This document shows positions 27,639-39,069 of a stretch of DNA of 64,000 nt, in pieces. Location: positions 44,432 to 108,431 of IMG/VR virus record IMGVR_UViG_3300045978_000284; one strand, given 5' to 3'. The notes beneath the pieces are model-generated. The model ran no database searches. It had not been told where the DNA came from and worked only from the letters and a program-made list of their open reading frames with translations. The position numbers were made by a program, and so were the translations under genes. Position 1 is the first letter of the stretch, and every line of letters begins with the position of its first letter. The DNA comes from a virus.

Positions 27639-28196
27639 CCGCACATGACGCGAATCGCCACTAACGCCCATGTGACGCGCGCGCCGTTCCCCGCGCGCAC
27701 TCCGCGCGCTACCGACTGCGAAATGACAATGCCGCGACTGAACCCGACCGCCGCCGCTCCCACGTCCGCCGCTCCCACGTCCGCCGCTCCCACGTCCGCC
27801 GCCGCCGTTGCCGCCGCAACGATCTGGCGCGAGCGGATGGAGCGGTACCTCGCCTCCGCCCGCGCCGATGCTGATCTGATCGCGGCGCGCCTCGGCGCCG
27901 AGCGCGCGATTCTCAAGTCCCTGCCCGCGACCTCGCCCGCACGCGACGATGTTGACCTCCGCGTGCGACGCCTCGCCGTTCGCCATGCCCGCGCTACCGA
28001 CCTCGTTTCGCGCCGCGTCGGCTGGCTTGAGCGCGCGACCGACGCGCTCAATCGCCTCGCGCCTCCGCCTCCGCCCGCGCGCCGCTCGCGTCCCACGTCC
28101 GCCAAACCCCGCCGCTCGCGCCCGACCTCCGCGCCCGCGCCCGCGCCCGACACCGCGCCCGCGCCCGCGCCCGCGCCCGAACCCGCCACCGTCTAA
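27636..28196 (+). CDS. First early gene, Ala/Pro/Arg-rich
   Basis: ORF from promoter-proximal ATG; (AAPTS)x3 repeat; followed by GC hairpin at about 28208-28237; start could be 27723. Confidence 0.55.
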   Translation: MPHMTRIATNAHVTRAPFPARTPRATDCEMTMPRLNPTAAAPTSAAPTSAAPTSAAAVAAATIWRERMERYLASARADADLIAARLGAERAILKSLPATSPARDDVDLRVRRLAVRHARATDLVSRRVGWLERATDALNRLAPPPPPARRSRPTSAKPRRSRPTSAPAPAPDTAPAPAPAPEPATV

Positions 28197-28270
28197 CCCG
28201 CCTCACCGGGGGCGCGCGCGCGGAGTGCGCGCGCCCCTCCACTACTCGCCGCGTGACGACTACCCGGTAG

Positions 28271-28471
28271 ACGTAGGAGTACTTCGTAGACATTCGTAGG
28301 CGGCTGGCGGCTGGCGGCTCGGCCCGGCAGCGCTGGCGGCAGCCCAGGACCTGGCCCAGGCCAAGGACCTCGGCGCCCAGCTCCCGCGCTCCGGCCGGCG
28401 TAGAAACCGTAGAAGCACGTAGGAGTACTTCGTAGACATTCGTAGGCGGCTGGCGGCTGGCGGCTCGGCCC
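28271..28471 (+). repeat. 55-bp perfect direct repeat (28271-28325, 28417-28471) rich in CGTAG units
   Basis: ACGTAGGAGTACTTCGTAGACATTCGTAGGCGGCTGGCGGCTGGCGGCTCGGCCC twice. Confidence 0.9.
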
Positions 28472-28531
28472 CTGGCGGCTGGCCATCGGCCAAGCGGCCA
28501 AGCCCCGCCCCCAGCCCGGCCCCGGCCCCGC

Positions 28532-28569
28532 TCGCAACCCGGCGGTGACACCGATACCTTATCACCATG
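28532..28569 (+). promoter_or_regulatory. Repeated early promoter copy
   Basis: TCGCAA-CCCGGCGGTGACACCGA-TACCTT-ATCACC-ATG. Confidence 0.75.
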
Positions 28570-28575
28570 CGCCCG

Positions 28576-28619
28576 CGTGCCGACCGTGCCGACCGTGCCG
28601 ACCGTGCCGACCGTGCCGA
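28576..28619 (+). repeat. 9-bp tandem repeat, about 5 copies
   Basis: (CGTGCCGAC)n. Confidence 0.85.
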
Positions 28620-28647
28620 GGCCGCAAGTCCACAGGAGGAGGCGACG

Positions 28648-28929
28648 ATGCCGATGACGGCGACTGACCTGGAAAACCTGGAGACCAACGTGGCGGAGCG
28701 ACGGAAGGTGGCCCAGTCCCAATTCAACAGGCTGTGGGAGGCGCTCGAGGAGGCAGCGACCGCGCCCCAGGCGCTGGTGTCGGGCCGGCTCGAAGCGGTG
28801 GCGCGCGCGCAGGAGGTGCTCAAGGACAGCCTGAACGCGGCGCAGGGCAAGGTCGCCGGCGTCCGGCTCCACGGCCAGCCGGTGCTCCGCAGGCCCCAGC
28901 GGGTGTACGACGCCGAGCGGTTCGCCTAA
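28648..28929 (+). CDS. Small coiled-coil early protein
   Basis: AGGAGGAGG SD; in frame with promoter ATG at 28567. Confidence 0.65.
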   Translation: MPMTATDLENLETNVAERRKVAQSQFNRLWEALEEAATAPQALVSGRLEAVARAQEVLKDSLNAAQGKVAGVRLHGQPVLRRPQRVYDAERFA

Positions 28930-29049
28930 GGCGGCTGGCGGCTGGCGGCGCGCGGGCCGGCTCTCGGCCCGCGGCGCCTACGAGCCAAGCAGGCGGCAGG
29001 CGGGCAGCGGGCGGCTGTCGGATCTCAGCTCGGACAGCTCTCCCGGGCT

Positions 29050-29163
29050 CGCCGAAATTCCAGGCGCCGGCCAAGCCATTCGGGCAGAGCCAACGGCGCG
29101 GTCGCGGCAGGACGAGACCAGTCGAGCGGCGTAGGCGGCGCCGAAATTCCAGGCGCCGGCCAA
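29050..29163 (+). repeat. 25-bp direct repeat (29050-29074, 29139-29163)
   Basis: CGCCGAAATTCCAGGCGCCGGCCAA twice. Confidence 0.85.
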
Positions 29164-29200
29164 AGCCATCAGCACCCAATCAGCTCGGCGCCGGCCTCGC

Positions 29201-29238
29201 TCGCAACCTGGTGGTGACACCGATACCTTGTCACCATG
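29201..29238 (+). promoter_or_regulatory. Repeated early promoter copy
   Basis: TCGCAA-CCTGGTGGTGACACCGA-TACCTT-GTCACC-ATG. Confidence 0.75.
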
Positions 29239-29322
29239 TCGCCATGTCTCTACCTCGCCACGACGCCACGACGCGCGACCACCGCGCGCGAGCTGGCGAC
29301 AAATCCCCGAGTGGAGGCGCCA

Positions 29323-30015
29323 ATGTCCGACACGTTTCTCGAACAGCACTTCACACCCACCGAGCGGCGCTCGATCCGTGCCGCGGCGCGCGAGGTGGCC
29401 CAGCGCCAGCTGCAGGCGCAACGCCACCTGGCGCGCAACCGCTACCGGGCGGGCACGAAGCAGGTTGCCGGGATCTCGGAACTCGGGCTCACGGAGCTCG
29501 AGGTGCGGGCCGGTGTCCAGCGTCTCGACCTCGAACACGCCGCCATCAACTCCGCGCTGGAGGCGGGTGGCGACGTGCGCGCGACGGTGCGCGCGACCAA
29601 GGCGAAAGCGATCGTCACCCACGACCCGAAAGGTGAGGCGGCGGTGATCGACCGCCTCGCCGAGATGGCGGCGGCGCTGCCGCCGACGCTGATCGGCAAG
29701 CTCGCCGCCGAATTGAAGGAGGCCCGTCAGCGTGCCGCCAGGCGGGAGGCCGACATCTTCACCGTGGGGATGATCGTGGTGGTGCCCACCCTGACCATCC
29801 CCTATCCGCCGCGCGCGGGGATCGCGATGGTCGTCGCCAGGAACAAGGCGACCGTCACGATCGAGTACCAGGACGGCGCGCGCGAACGGCGCCGCGTCTC
29901 CCCCGCGTACCTGGAGGCGCCGAAGCAGACGGTGATGCCCCGCAACGCAATCGACGAGCAGGCGCTGATCGCGCACCGGCGCCGCCAACTCTTCCCGACG
30001 GAGGGTGCCCGATGA
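29323..30015 (+). CDS. Hypothetical early protein (C-terminal SH3-like beta region)
   Basis: GGAGGCGCCAATG start context. Confidence 0.65.
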   Translation: MSDTFLEQHFTPTERRSIRAAAREVAQRQLQAQRHLARNRYRAGTKQVAGISELGLTELEVRAGVQRLDLEHAAINSALEAGGDVRATVRATKAKAIVTHDPKGEAAVIDRLAEMAAALPPTLIGKLAAELKEARQRAARREADIFTVGMIVVVPTLTIPYPPRAGIAMVVARNKATVTIEYQDGARERRRVSPAYLEAPKQTVMPRNAIDEQALIAHRRRQLFPTEGAR

Positions 30016-30416
30016 TCAGCTACAACCTCCCCGACGCCGAACGCCAGGCGATCTTCGCCCGGCTCGGCGACATCCGCCGCGACCTCGACCTCATCATGAA
30101 GCGCAAGGACGAGAGCAAGGACCGCGCGTACTGGGCGGCGCGCGACGCGCTGATCGCCGAGCGCGACACCCTGGGCGCCCGGCTCGATGCCTGCGCCGTG
30201 AAGGTGGCCGATCCGCCGCGGCCCACGCCCGCGGCGCAGGCGAAGGCGGCGCTCGCCGACCGCGCGGCCCAGAACGCCGCACGCTGGGCGGTGCCGACCA
30301 AGGCCGCCAGAGCTGCCGCCAGCGAGCAGGCGCTGTTCCACGCCATCGTCGCCGGGGCCGAACGCGAGCTGACGGCGGCGGGCATCCGAAAACTGATCGA
30401 GCGGCTGGCGCAATGA
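30012..30416 (+). CDS. Hypothetical protein
   Basis: ATGA overlap, GGAGG SD. Confidence 0.6.
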   Translation: MISYNLPDAERQAIFARLGDIRRDLDLIMKRKDESKDRAYWAARDALIAERDTLGARLDACAVKVADPPRPTPAAQAKAALADRAAQNAARWAVPTKAARAAASEQALFHAIVAGAERELTAAGIRKLIERLAQ

Positions 30417-30600
30417 TCGACAAGCCTCCGGTCTGCTCATCCTGCGGCACGCCTGGCGGGATCCGTCGCGCGTACGGAGTGCCCTACGCGGTGTCGCCGT
30501 GCGGAGCGGTGTGGAAATACAACCATCGGTGGGTTCTCGTTCACCAGCACAAAGACTCGCAGCCGAGTGGCGTAGGCGAGCAACGAAAGGTGGTGCGGCC

Positions 30601-30984
30601 ATGATGATCGTGGACGTTCGGAATCACCTCAAGGCCAAGTGGCCCGACACGCGGTTCTACATCTCGGTGAAGCACCGCGGATCGGCGAACGGCTCGGACC
30701 AGCTGTGCGTGGCCTGGAAGACCGGGCCCGACTGGGTCCAGGTCGAGCGGCACCTGCTCATGATCCTGGCCGGCGACACCAAGTGGGACGAGTTCATCCT
30801 GAGGTCCTGCGACACGGAGGACGTCGAGGCGTACTGGGCGACGATCTGCCTCCGGCACCGCAAGACCATGCTCCAGTGCGAGACCTGCCGCTATGACGAG
30901 CTGTACGACCGGGAGCCGACCGACGACGAGAAGCTGGCGGCCATCATCTTCCCGGACCGGTTCGGTCCTGGAGCGATGCGATGA
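30601..30984 (+). CDS. LPD29-like domain protein (divergent)
   Basis: 'VRNHLKAKWPDTRFYIS...VAWKTGP' parallels 47234-47737. Confidence 0.55.
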   Translation: MMIVDVRNHLKAKWPDTRFYISVKHRGSANGSDQLCVAWKTGPDWVQVERHLLMILAGDTKWDEFILRSCDTEDVEAYWATICLRHRKTMLQCETCRYDELYDREPTDDEKLAAIIFPDRFGPGAMR

Positions 30985-31365
30985 GCGACCCGATCGTGGT
31001 CCGCGCCCGCTCCCAGAAGGTGCGCTGCCGGCGGGTCAAGATCACGCGCGTCAAGGTGGACGGCGCTACGGTCCCGGGCGGCAAGGTGCAGCTGGCCGAC
31101 GGCCGGTGGGTCGAGCACAAGACGGTGGCCCAGGTCGTCGCCGAGCTGGCGGCCGAGCAAGGCCACGCGCCCTGGCAGCCGACGATGCGCCAGAAGAAGC
31201 CCAAGGCGGCGGCGCCCGCCCCGCCGCCGGCGCCGCCGACCTGGCGCCAGGAGATCAGGAAGGCGTCCAGCGGGCGGACGACGGCGTTCGCGGCGGCGTT
31301 CGTGCTGGCGAGCGGCGTAGGCGGTGCCGCGCGTCGTGGTAGCAGTCCCGCTCCGCCGGCGCCGC

Positions 31366-31403
31366 TTGCGACCCGGTGGTGACACCGATACGTTATCACC
31401 ATG
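31366..31403 (+). promoter_or_regulatory. Repeated early promoter copy
   Basis: TTGCGA-CCCGGTGGTGACACCGA-TACGTT-ATCACC-ATG. Confidence 0.75.
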
Positions 31404-31480
31404 TCGCCATGCTCTGTCCGCGCGCACCAATGCCATCCCGCCCCGGGCCATGGCGACAACTCTCCCAGGAGGAGGTGCCG

Positions 31481-31687
31481 ATGTACGTCGAGCCGAACTA
31501 CCCCACCAAGAAGGCCCTGAAGACGGCGGTGGCCGCCGGCAAGGAGGTCTTGGTCTTTCACCCCGGGATCGGGCGGGAAATCCGCGACGGCGAGCACGCC
31601 GTCGAGGGGCCGCACTACCCGAAGCCGCACACCTGGTACGCCAGGGTGCGGGTGAAGGACTGCCGGGTCGAGAAGGTCATCAGCTGA
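31481..31687 (+). CDS. Small phage protein
   Basis: AGGAGGAGG SD; 'NYPTKKALK...GPHYPKPHTWYA'; followed by GCCGGCCCC/GGGGCCGGC hairpin. Confidence 0.7.
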   Translation: MYVEPNYPTKKALKTAVAAGKEVLVFHPGIGREIRDGEHAVEGPHYPKPHTWYARVRVKDCRVEKVIS

Positions 31688-31893
31688 TTGGAGACTTCAG
31701 GCCGGCCCCTCTGCAGTCCGGGGCCGGCATGGTCCGCTGTGCCAGACACAGCCATAGGAGGAGCACATGAGGAACGGAGACGGGCTCAGGAAGCGGAAGT
31801 CGGGAACGTTCGCGGTGGCGTTCGGGCGCGCGCTGGATGCGATGGCGCTGGCCATCTGGTCCGAGCTGATCGACAGGTCATAGGAGGACACCA

Positions 31894-34800
31894 ATGGCGG
31901 AGAAGAAGCGGAGCCTCGAGCAGGTGCGCAAGGCGGGGCCGGAGGCGTTCGTCATGGACGCCATCGTCCGGCTCCGGACCGGCAACTACACCGGCATCCA
32001 CACGGTGTACAGCGGCTTCAACGCCGCGTTCCGGGAGGTGTTCCCGGACGTGGACCCCGTGCAGTTCACCCGCGAGCTGTCGGAGGCCGGGAAGCTGGTG
32101 ATCAAGCCGATCCGTGGCGGGGCGCTCATCACGCGACGGCAGGACTGGAAGGGCGAGCTGCCGGTCAGCACGGTCGAGCGGCAGAAGCGCGCCCTGTCGG
32201 CGCTCAACATCGGGTAGGAGGAAGGACATGAACACGGTGACTGTCATGCCATGCCGCCGCGCTCTGGCTGGGCTACAGAGCCTCGCCGAGCGGGCGAGGC
32301 TCGATCTGCAGGTCCTCGGGGTGCATCGCCCCGAGGTGAAGTCCGAGTTCGGCGACACGGATCGGATCATCCGCGTCGCCATCGGGGGCCTCGACGGGCC
32401 GCAACGCCGGGCGCTCCTGGCCGCGACCCTGATCCTCCACCGCACGGTGGGCGGCCGGGCGGAGTGGCGGATCGACCCCGCCACGTCCGCTCTGACGGTC
32501 CTGTCGTCGGACCCCGACCGCCAGAGCGAGGGATCCGTGGCGTCGCTCTCGGAGGTCGAGGAGTCCCTCGACCTCGAGCCCCGGGTGACCCCCGAGGGGG
32601 TCACCGTCATGTCGCAGCGCCGGGAGGGGGCGTTGCTGCGGGACCAGATCGTGGCCCGCGTGCTGGGCGAGTTGGCGGCCCAGTATGTGGAGAGCTGGGC
32701 CAGTGAGGAGGAGCACGAGGAAGCGCCGAATCATGGCTCGTAGGCTCCGTCCGATCGCAGCGCCGGAACCGTACCGCACCGCCCTGGTGCCGGCCAGTCC
32801 CGTGAAGGTGGTGCACCTGCGGGTCGAGCGGTCGTCCCAGGCGCTCTGCGGCGTCGTCGTGCGGCCGGCGGCCCCGATGGTCCGCGGCCGCCTGGCGTGC
32901 CCGCGATGCTTCCGGGCTGCGGAGGGAGGGTGATGGACGACCCGCGAGTCCTCGTCTTGGTGATCGGCGCGACGAACGATCGGCCAGTCCCCCGCTTCGT
33001 GGCGGGCGTGGTCGTAGGCGCGCTGATTTGTGGCGCCGGTCTTCTGATCCTGCGCCTGGCGATCCTCATGATGCCGTGCGCGCACTAGGAGGCAGGAGGC
33101 TTAGGTGAGACAGCACTGTCCCTGGCGCCGCGTCGACAACGGAAAGCGCACCACGCTCAGGACCCACAGGCTGGGTCGGAAAGGATAGCGATGAAAACAC
33201 AGATTGCGTGCCCCCTGCCGATGCCCTACCCGCTCGACTGGATGCCCTGCGGCCAACCCATGGTCCTGGCCATCGACACCGGCGATCCCTCGGTCGGCAT
33301 CTTCGGCTCGTATCTGGAGGAGGTGGACGGCGAGTGCCCGCACGTGGGCGCGGTCAACATGTGCATCGCCACGAGCGAGGACTGCGCGGCCCAGGAGGCG
33401 ACGGACTGGTCCGAGAAGCTGCAGGCCCAGGAGCGGATGGTCATGCGCGCCATGTGGGAGGAGCTGTCCGTCGAGCTGGACCGCGAGAACCAGCCGAGCG
33501 CCGAGGAGCTGGCCATGCTCGCCATGTACGAGGGGTCACCAGCCGGCGGCTGGTTTGACGAGGCCGGCAACCCGGTCAACGTCGGCGAGTCCGCCGGCCG
33601 TTGCCTGGACTGCGGCGGCCCGCTCGGCGACTACGACCAGTGCCTGAACAACTGCGAGCGGTCGTAGCCATGGCGGTCCAGTTCTGGCTGATGGACGGGA
33701 GAGCGCCTCGGTGGGACGGCGCGACCATCGACCCCTACGACGTCCCGGACGGCCTCGGGCTGCTGACGGTCTCGGAGTCGTTGCTGGAAGCCAAGGGCGA
33801 TCGCGACAGCGGCGCCTTCGGCGATGGCCTGTTCATCGCGGAGGCCACATTCGACGAGCGCAGCTGGCGGCTGCGCCTGCTGTGGAACGAGCGATAGGAG
33901 GAGATACATGAACCAGGCAGCCATGCTCAGGGTCGCCGGGGAGATCCCGGCACAGTTCTCTCGTCGTCTGGAGCGGCTCCACCCGACCGCCACGCCGGTG
34001 CTGCGCGACGGGATCAGAGAAGTCACGATGGAGAGCGGCGTCGACGACGACATCAGCGCCGCGCTCTTCGAGCTGATGGCGGAGCTCGAGGACAAGAAGG
34101 TGTCGTTCGACTGCTACTTCGGCGCGAGCCTGTACTTCCAGGAGGGCGTGCCCACGCCGATCGCCGAGTGCATGGGCGGTCTGCGGTGCTCGCGCGGCGG
34201 TCAGTCCTCCTACTTCGTCTCCGGCGGAATCCCCTGCACCGCGGTCGGCGAGCTGCCGGTGCGCGACGTCCCGGAGATCAGCGGCGTGTTCCTGTCGTGG
34301 GCGGACCTGAAATTCGTGGAAGACGCGATCAGCGCCGGACGTCCGGGTGCGGCGCTTCAGCGGCTCGATCTCCTGGCGGGCCGTCACGTCCAGCCGTTGG
34401 CGTAGAGCCATGGGCACGATCCTGACCGGAGAAGGCATCTACCTGTTCCGGATCCTCGCGCTGCGCGGCGCCGTCCAGCTGGAGGCCAAGGGCATCCGGT
34501 TCAAGCGCAGCATGACGGCGCAGGCCAAGCGGGAACTCGGCCTGCCGAAAGGAACCAAACGCGAGAAGGTGCTGGCGGCGCTCGACGTGGCGGTCGAGGC
34601 CCAGAAGCAGGTGACCAGGCCCGGGATCGACGTCCGCAGCACCGAGGCATAGGAGGAGCACATGGGAGCGGACTTCATCATCCGAGCGGTCAGCGTCGCC
34701 CCGCCAGGTCGGCCGCTGGACTGGGAGGCCGGGACGGCACTACTGCAGACGCTGCGCAACCTCCCGATCTCTCAGTGGCCGGAATCCCTCACGGACTGCG

Positions 34801-35081
34801 AGGCCGGCACGTCGCCGGCCGACGGCCAGGAAGACGACGTCGACCGCAAGCAGATCTTCGGGTCGGTCGAGGCCATGATGGCCACCATCCGCAGCATCCA
34901 CGAGACCGTGGCCGGTGACTTCGAGTTCGACCGTGAGCTGGTCTGTCTGCAATACCCGGATCGCCACATCTACATCGTCGGCGGCATGTCCTGGGGGGAC
35001 GATCCCACCGAGGCGTACCGCGCGATGGCGCGCTTCATCGACTCGGGCATCGCCGACGCGATCGGCTTCGATTCGGCGTAG
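31894..35081 (+). other. Cluster of small hypothetical early genes (31894-32217, 32228-32743, 33191-33667, 33908-34405, 34410-34652, 34662-35081 and others)
   Basis: Co-oriented ORFs, most with AGGAGG-type SD; no recognisable family. Confidence 0.6.
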
Positions 35082-35122
35082 GCGGCACGCCAATGCGCGG
35101 CGGCGCCGACGCCCGGCGCGCC

Positions 35123-35171
35123 TTGCAACATGGTGGCGCCCCGCGCACACTGTCACCATGACGATATATCC
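35123..35171 (+). promoter_or_regulatory. Repeated early promoter copy (variant)
   Basis: TTGCAA-N17-CACACT-GTCACC-ATG-ACGATATATCC. Confidence 0.7.
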
Positions 35172-35235
35172 ATACCGCGCCGCGATCGCCGCGGCGCCCT
35201 GTGCAGCGCACCCCACACCAGAAGGAGACAGCTTC

Positions 35236-35709
35236 ATGGCCACGAAGACGAAGGCGACCAAGACGCAGGCACCCGAGCCCGAGGCGGTGCTCAAGGCGCG
35301 GTCCTGGAGGACCCGGATGGTTCTGTACCGCGACGCCTCGAAGAACAAGATCGCGGAGATCGAGGCGGCCCTGGTGGCGATGCGGCAGGAGCCCAAGACG
35401 CCCGAGCAGGGCGTCCGGGTGGCCACCGCCGAGCTGCGCCTCAAGAAGCAGCGGGAGCACCTCGCCCGCCGCGAGGACTGGCTGAAGCGCGCCGACACGT
35501 CCCTGGCCGGCGCCATCGCCAAGGGCGCGACGCCCAAGGCGCCGGGCAAGGCGGTGGCGGTGGCTGCGCCGCCGGCGCCGATCGAGAAGAAGAAGCCGCG
35601 CAAGCCCAAGGCGAAGGCGCCGGTCGTGGAGCCGCCGGCCGGGCCGGTGGAGACGCTCGAGGTCCCGCCGGTCGAGCCGACCCAGCCCGCCGAGGAGGTG
35701 GCCGCCTAG
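35236..35709 (+). CDS. Lys/Ala/Pro-rich basic protein (histone-like composition)
   Basis: AAGGAG SD; MATKTKATK...KKKPRKPKAK. Confidence 0.65.
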   Translation: MATKTKATKTQAPEPEAVLKARSWRTRMVLYRDASKNKIAEIEAALVAMRQEPKTPEQGVRVATAELRLKKQREHLARREDWLKRADTSLAGAIAKGATPKAPGKAVAVAAPPAPIEKKKPRKPKAKAPVVEPPAGPVETLEVPPVEPTQPAEEVAA

Positions 35710-35792
35710 CACCCCCGGCGCGGCCGGTTCTTGTCAGCCACAGCCCAACAGCGCCGGGGGCCCCAGCGCCCCCGGCAGAGGAGGAACCGCCA

Positions 35793-36377
35793 ATGGTCAT
35801 CCGATCCCAGTTCCCCAGCCAGTGCACCCTTTGCCATAACCCCGTGGTTGTCGGTGCCCAGGTCGACTGGACCAATGGCGTCGGCGTCACCCACCATCCG
35901 GCCGGTAGCTGCCCGCCGCCCGCCGAGCCTGCGCCGGAGCGCACCCAGGACGCCAGCGGGATCGTCGCGTTCCTGACCGCGGCCCAGTCCCGCGGCCTGA
36001 AGTTCCCCAAGGTCCGGTTCCTGGCGCCTGACCGCCGCCGCGAGCTGCGTCTCTCGGTCTCCGGCGCCCAGAGCCGCGTCCCGGGCTCGGTGCAGGTCAC
36101 CCTCGGTCGGGAGTGGATCGGTCGGATCGAGCCCACCGGCGCGATCCGCGGCCGCCTCGCCAACGAGAAGGCGGTGCTCGACGAGCTGGAGGCCATAGCC
36201 GCGGATCCTGCCGCCAAGGCCGCGGAGTACGGCGCCCTGATGTCCCGGTGCTCGTTCTGCGGCCTCGCCCTGACGGACCAGGGCAGCATCGAGGTCGGGT
36301 ACGGTCCGGTGTGCGCCCAGAAGTACGATCTGCCCCACCGCTCCCTCGGGACGCGCGTGGTGCGGGTGGCCAGCTGA
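35793..36377 (+). CDS. DUF6011-family Zn-finger protein
   Basis: C-terminal 'CSFCGLALTDQGSIEVGYGPVCA'. Confidence 0.75.
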   Translation: MVIRSQFPSQCTLCHNPVVVGAQVDWTNGVGVTHHPAGSCPPPAEPAPERTQDASGIVAFLTAAQSRGLKFPKVRFLAPDRRRELRLSVSGAQSRVPGSVQVTLGREWIGRIEPTGAIRGRLANEKAVLDELEAIAADPAAKAAEYGALMSRCSFCGLALTDQGSIEVGYGPVCAQKYDLPHRSLGTRVVRVAS

Positions 36378-36904
36378 TGGCCCGCCGGGAACAGGTCTTG
36401 TTGTCGGCCGGCCCGAACAACGCTCGGGTCCATGCGTCCGTGGTCCGGGTCAGGTTCACCGTGGATCGCGGCGTAGGCGGCCCGCACGTCGGCCACCTCC
36501 TGTCAGATGCGTCCCTGGCGTCGAACCTGTCGCGCCAGCTGATCCCGGACGACGGGCGGGAGCACTTCGGCGTGTTCCTGCTCGGCGCCACCAACAGCCT
36601 GATCCGCTGGCACGAGGTGGCGATCGGCACGACGGGGGCCTCGCTCGTCGAGCCGTCGTGCGTGTTCGGGCCGGCGCTTCGACTGCTGGGCGTGCGCTCC
36701 CTCATCATGGTGCATTCCCACCCGAGCGGCGACACGGACCCGAGCCGTGAAGACATCGAGCTGACCCAACGGCTCATCAAGGTCGGCGACCTGGTCGACA
36801 TCAAGGTCCTGGACCACGTCATCATCGGGTTCCCGGATCGCTACACGTCCCTGCTGCAGGACGGCCGAGCCTTCTTCGGCCGGAACGGGAACCGTCATGC
36901 CTAA
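36377..36904 (+). CDS. radC: RadC-like JAB domain protein
   Basis: 'HSHPSGDTDPSREDIELT...IKVLDHVII'. Confidence 0.88.
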   Translation: MARREQVLLSAGPNNARVHASVVRVRFTVDRGVGGPHVGHLLSDASLASNLSRQLIPDDGREHFGVFLLGATNSLIRWHEVAIGTTGASLVEPSCVFGPALRLLGVRSLIMVHSHPSGDTDPSREDIELTQRLIKVGDLVDIKVLDHVIIGFPDRYTSLLQDGRAFFGRNGNRHA

Positions 36905-38694
36905 GCCGAGATCGAAGGACGAGGTTCACCGCCAGGGCCCCGGCCTCAGGTTCCTGGGCGAGCCCACCACCTGGTATGGCGGCGGCTACTGCGGCATCTG
37001 CGGCGACCGCTCCGAGTCCCTGGTTCCCCGCGCAGTCCGCTGGTGGGACCCGGACGACGGCTGGCGGACCGGCGTGCTCTGCGTCAGCTGCGGCAGAGAC
37101 GCCTCGGCCCGCGGGCCCCGCCCGGATGACTACGCGACGCACCAGCAGGAGCGCCAGGCCCTCATGGCGGACACCCTGGCGGAGCTGGGCGACATGGACT
37201 CCGCACACACCGACTACGAGGACTTGAGGGGAGGGCTGTAATGCCACATCAGACGTGGGTGGTCAGGGTGGTCATGATGGAGCCCACCAAGGATCCGACC
37301 GGCACGGCGATGTTCGCCGTGAACCAGCTCGTCGAGCAGCTGCGCTATGCCGGCCTCTCCTGGGTCCACACGCTTGGCGAGGTCAGGACCGGACCGCTGG
37401 GAGAGGTCTGCACCAAGACGATCTTCGACCTGCTCCCGCCGGCCGGAACCGGCGACTCGCGCGTGTGGGCCAAGCAGAACGCGGAGCGGATGACGAGCTA
37501 CGGCTACAACGCGGTGGTCGCTCCCAAGTGGCACACGGGCGACGCGCGGCCCACCGGCGAAGGGTAGGACTGAGCGATGTGCTGGGAGTGCGCGCCAATG
37601 ATCCTCGAGGAGGAGGAGGACGCCATGAAACTTCACGTGTCGAAGGACGAGCAAGGCCGTCTCGTGATTCAGCCCGTGCGCCCGACAAAGCCAGTCCGGC
37701 TGTGGCTCCGGGAGGTCGGCCGGCTCCTGGCCATGCTCGCCGCGCTGGCGGCCGTGGCGGTGATCGCGGCGTTCGTCGCGGCCGGGTAGCCATGGCCACC
37801 GAGATCTGGGGCGACGGAAAGCCCCTCACCGGCTACTGCCACAACCCGCGCCACGGGATCCCGTGCCCACAGCCGTGCGAGGCCTGCGCGATCGAGTGCA
37901 GGCCGGACGATGTGCGGCCGACCATCGAGAGACAGGAGTACAGCGATGAAGAAGAGCGGAGTGCAGATCGAGCGCCCCGCGCGGCAAGGATTCGCGTCCC
38001 GCGGTAGCAAGCTCGCAGGGTATCGGCATAGACGGCGCGCCGTCAGGGTACGGCGCCTGGTGGAGGAGTACTCGGGAGAAAAGGCTGACCTTCAGACCGA
38101 CATCGTGGACGTGCTCGCCGACCTGCGACACCTGTGCGACGTGAAGGGCTGGGAGTATCACCTGCTTGACGGGCGCGGCCAGCGGCACTACCTGGCCGAG
38201 AAATGGGGGGAGGACTGATGGGCTGGGATGCCTATGCCTTCGACGGGGACGACGGGTCGACCGTCTTCAGCTGGAACCGAGAGAAAGAGGAGATGCAGAT
38301 CGTCCATCCCGGGCTTCGGGCAGCGTTTGCGGTCGCCAGCGAGACGGTCAAGAGGCGCGCCATGTACGTGGACGCGCTGCTCCAGTACGGCGGTCTCGAC
38401 GTCAGCTGGAGTGGTGAGGCGATGGCCGCTGCGACCGGGGAGAGCGTCTATGGAGACCCCTGGTCGCCCAAGCAGGTGCGCGAGCTTCACGCCTCGGCGG
38501 ACTGGTCGAAGGCGAGCGTCGGTCATGGCGGGCGAGCCTGCCAGTACGCCGTCTCGGCACGCCTGCCGACAGCCATGGGCCCCATGGAGATCGTGGGCAC
38601 CGAGACGTGCCTTCATATCGAGTCGGCGAAGGAGTTCCTTCGCGTGTGCGCCGAGCAGGGTCTCGGCATTCGCTTCAGCTGGTAGGAGGACCCA

Positions 38695-39069
38695 ATGAGG
38701 AGGCTCCTGATGTGCCTGGTCGTGGGGCTGGTGCTCTGGCCGGGCGTGGCGGCCGCCCAGAATCCCTCGAACGACGTGGCGGACATGATGGTGGGCGAGA
38801 TTCGGCGCGGCCTGCAGATGTACGGCAGCCGGATCACCCACGACTACGCGATCGGCGTGATGGTGGGCTTTCTGGTCTGGAACGACATGGTCGCCGTCTG
38901 CCAGCAGTCCTTGACCGCGGGCGAGATGCTGGCGCGCTTGCGCTACAGCGACGACATCCCGGCTCACTGGACGCTGCAGCGGTTCATCCTGGACGACTTC
39001 CGTCGGCGCGGCTGCCGCTGGCGGGAAGAGCTGATCAAGGCCATCGGAGGCATGAAAGGCGGGGCGTGA
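38695..39069 (+). CDS. Small exported protein (Rap1a/Tai-like?)
   Basis: Signal peptide ending AAA; 'YAIGV...VC...LTAGEM'. Confidence 0.5.
   Translation: MRRLLMCLVVGLVLWPGVAAAQNPSNDVADMMVGEIRRGLQMYGSRITHDYAIGVMVGFLVWNDMVAVCQQSLTAGEMLARLRYSDDIPAHWTLQRFILDDFRRRGCRWREELIKAIGGMKGGA

Noticed and set aside
27298-29240. CRISPR array
   Set aside because: Repeats occur in two copies or as short tandems with no regular unique spacers; the Cas4-like gene sits in a RecT recombination context with no cas1/cas2
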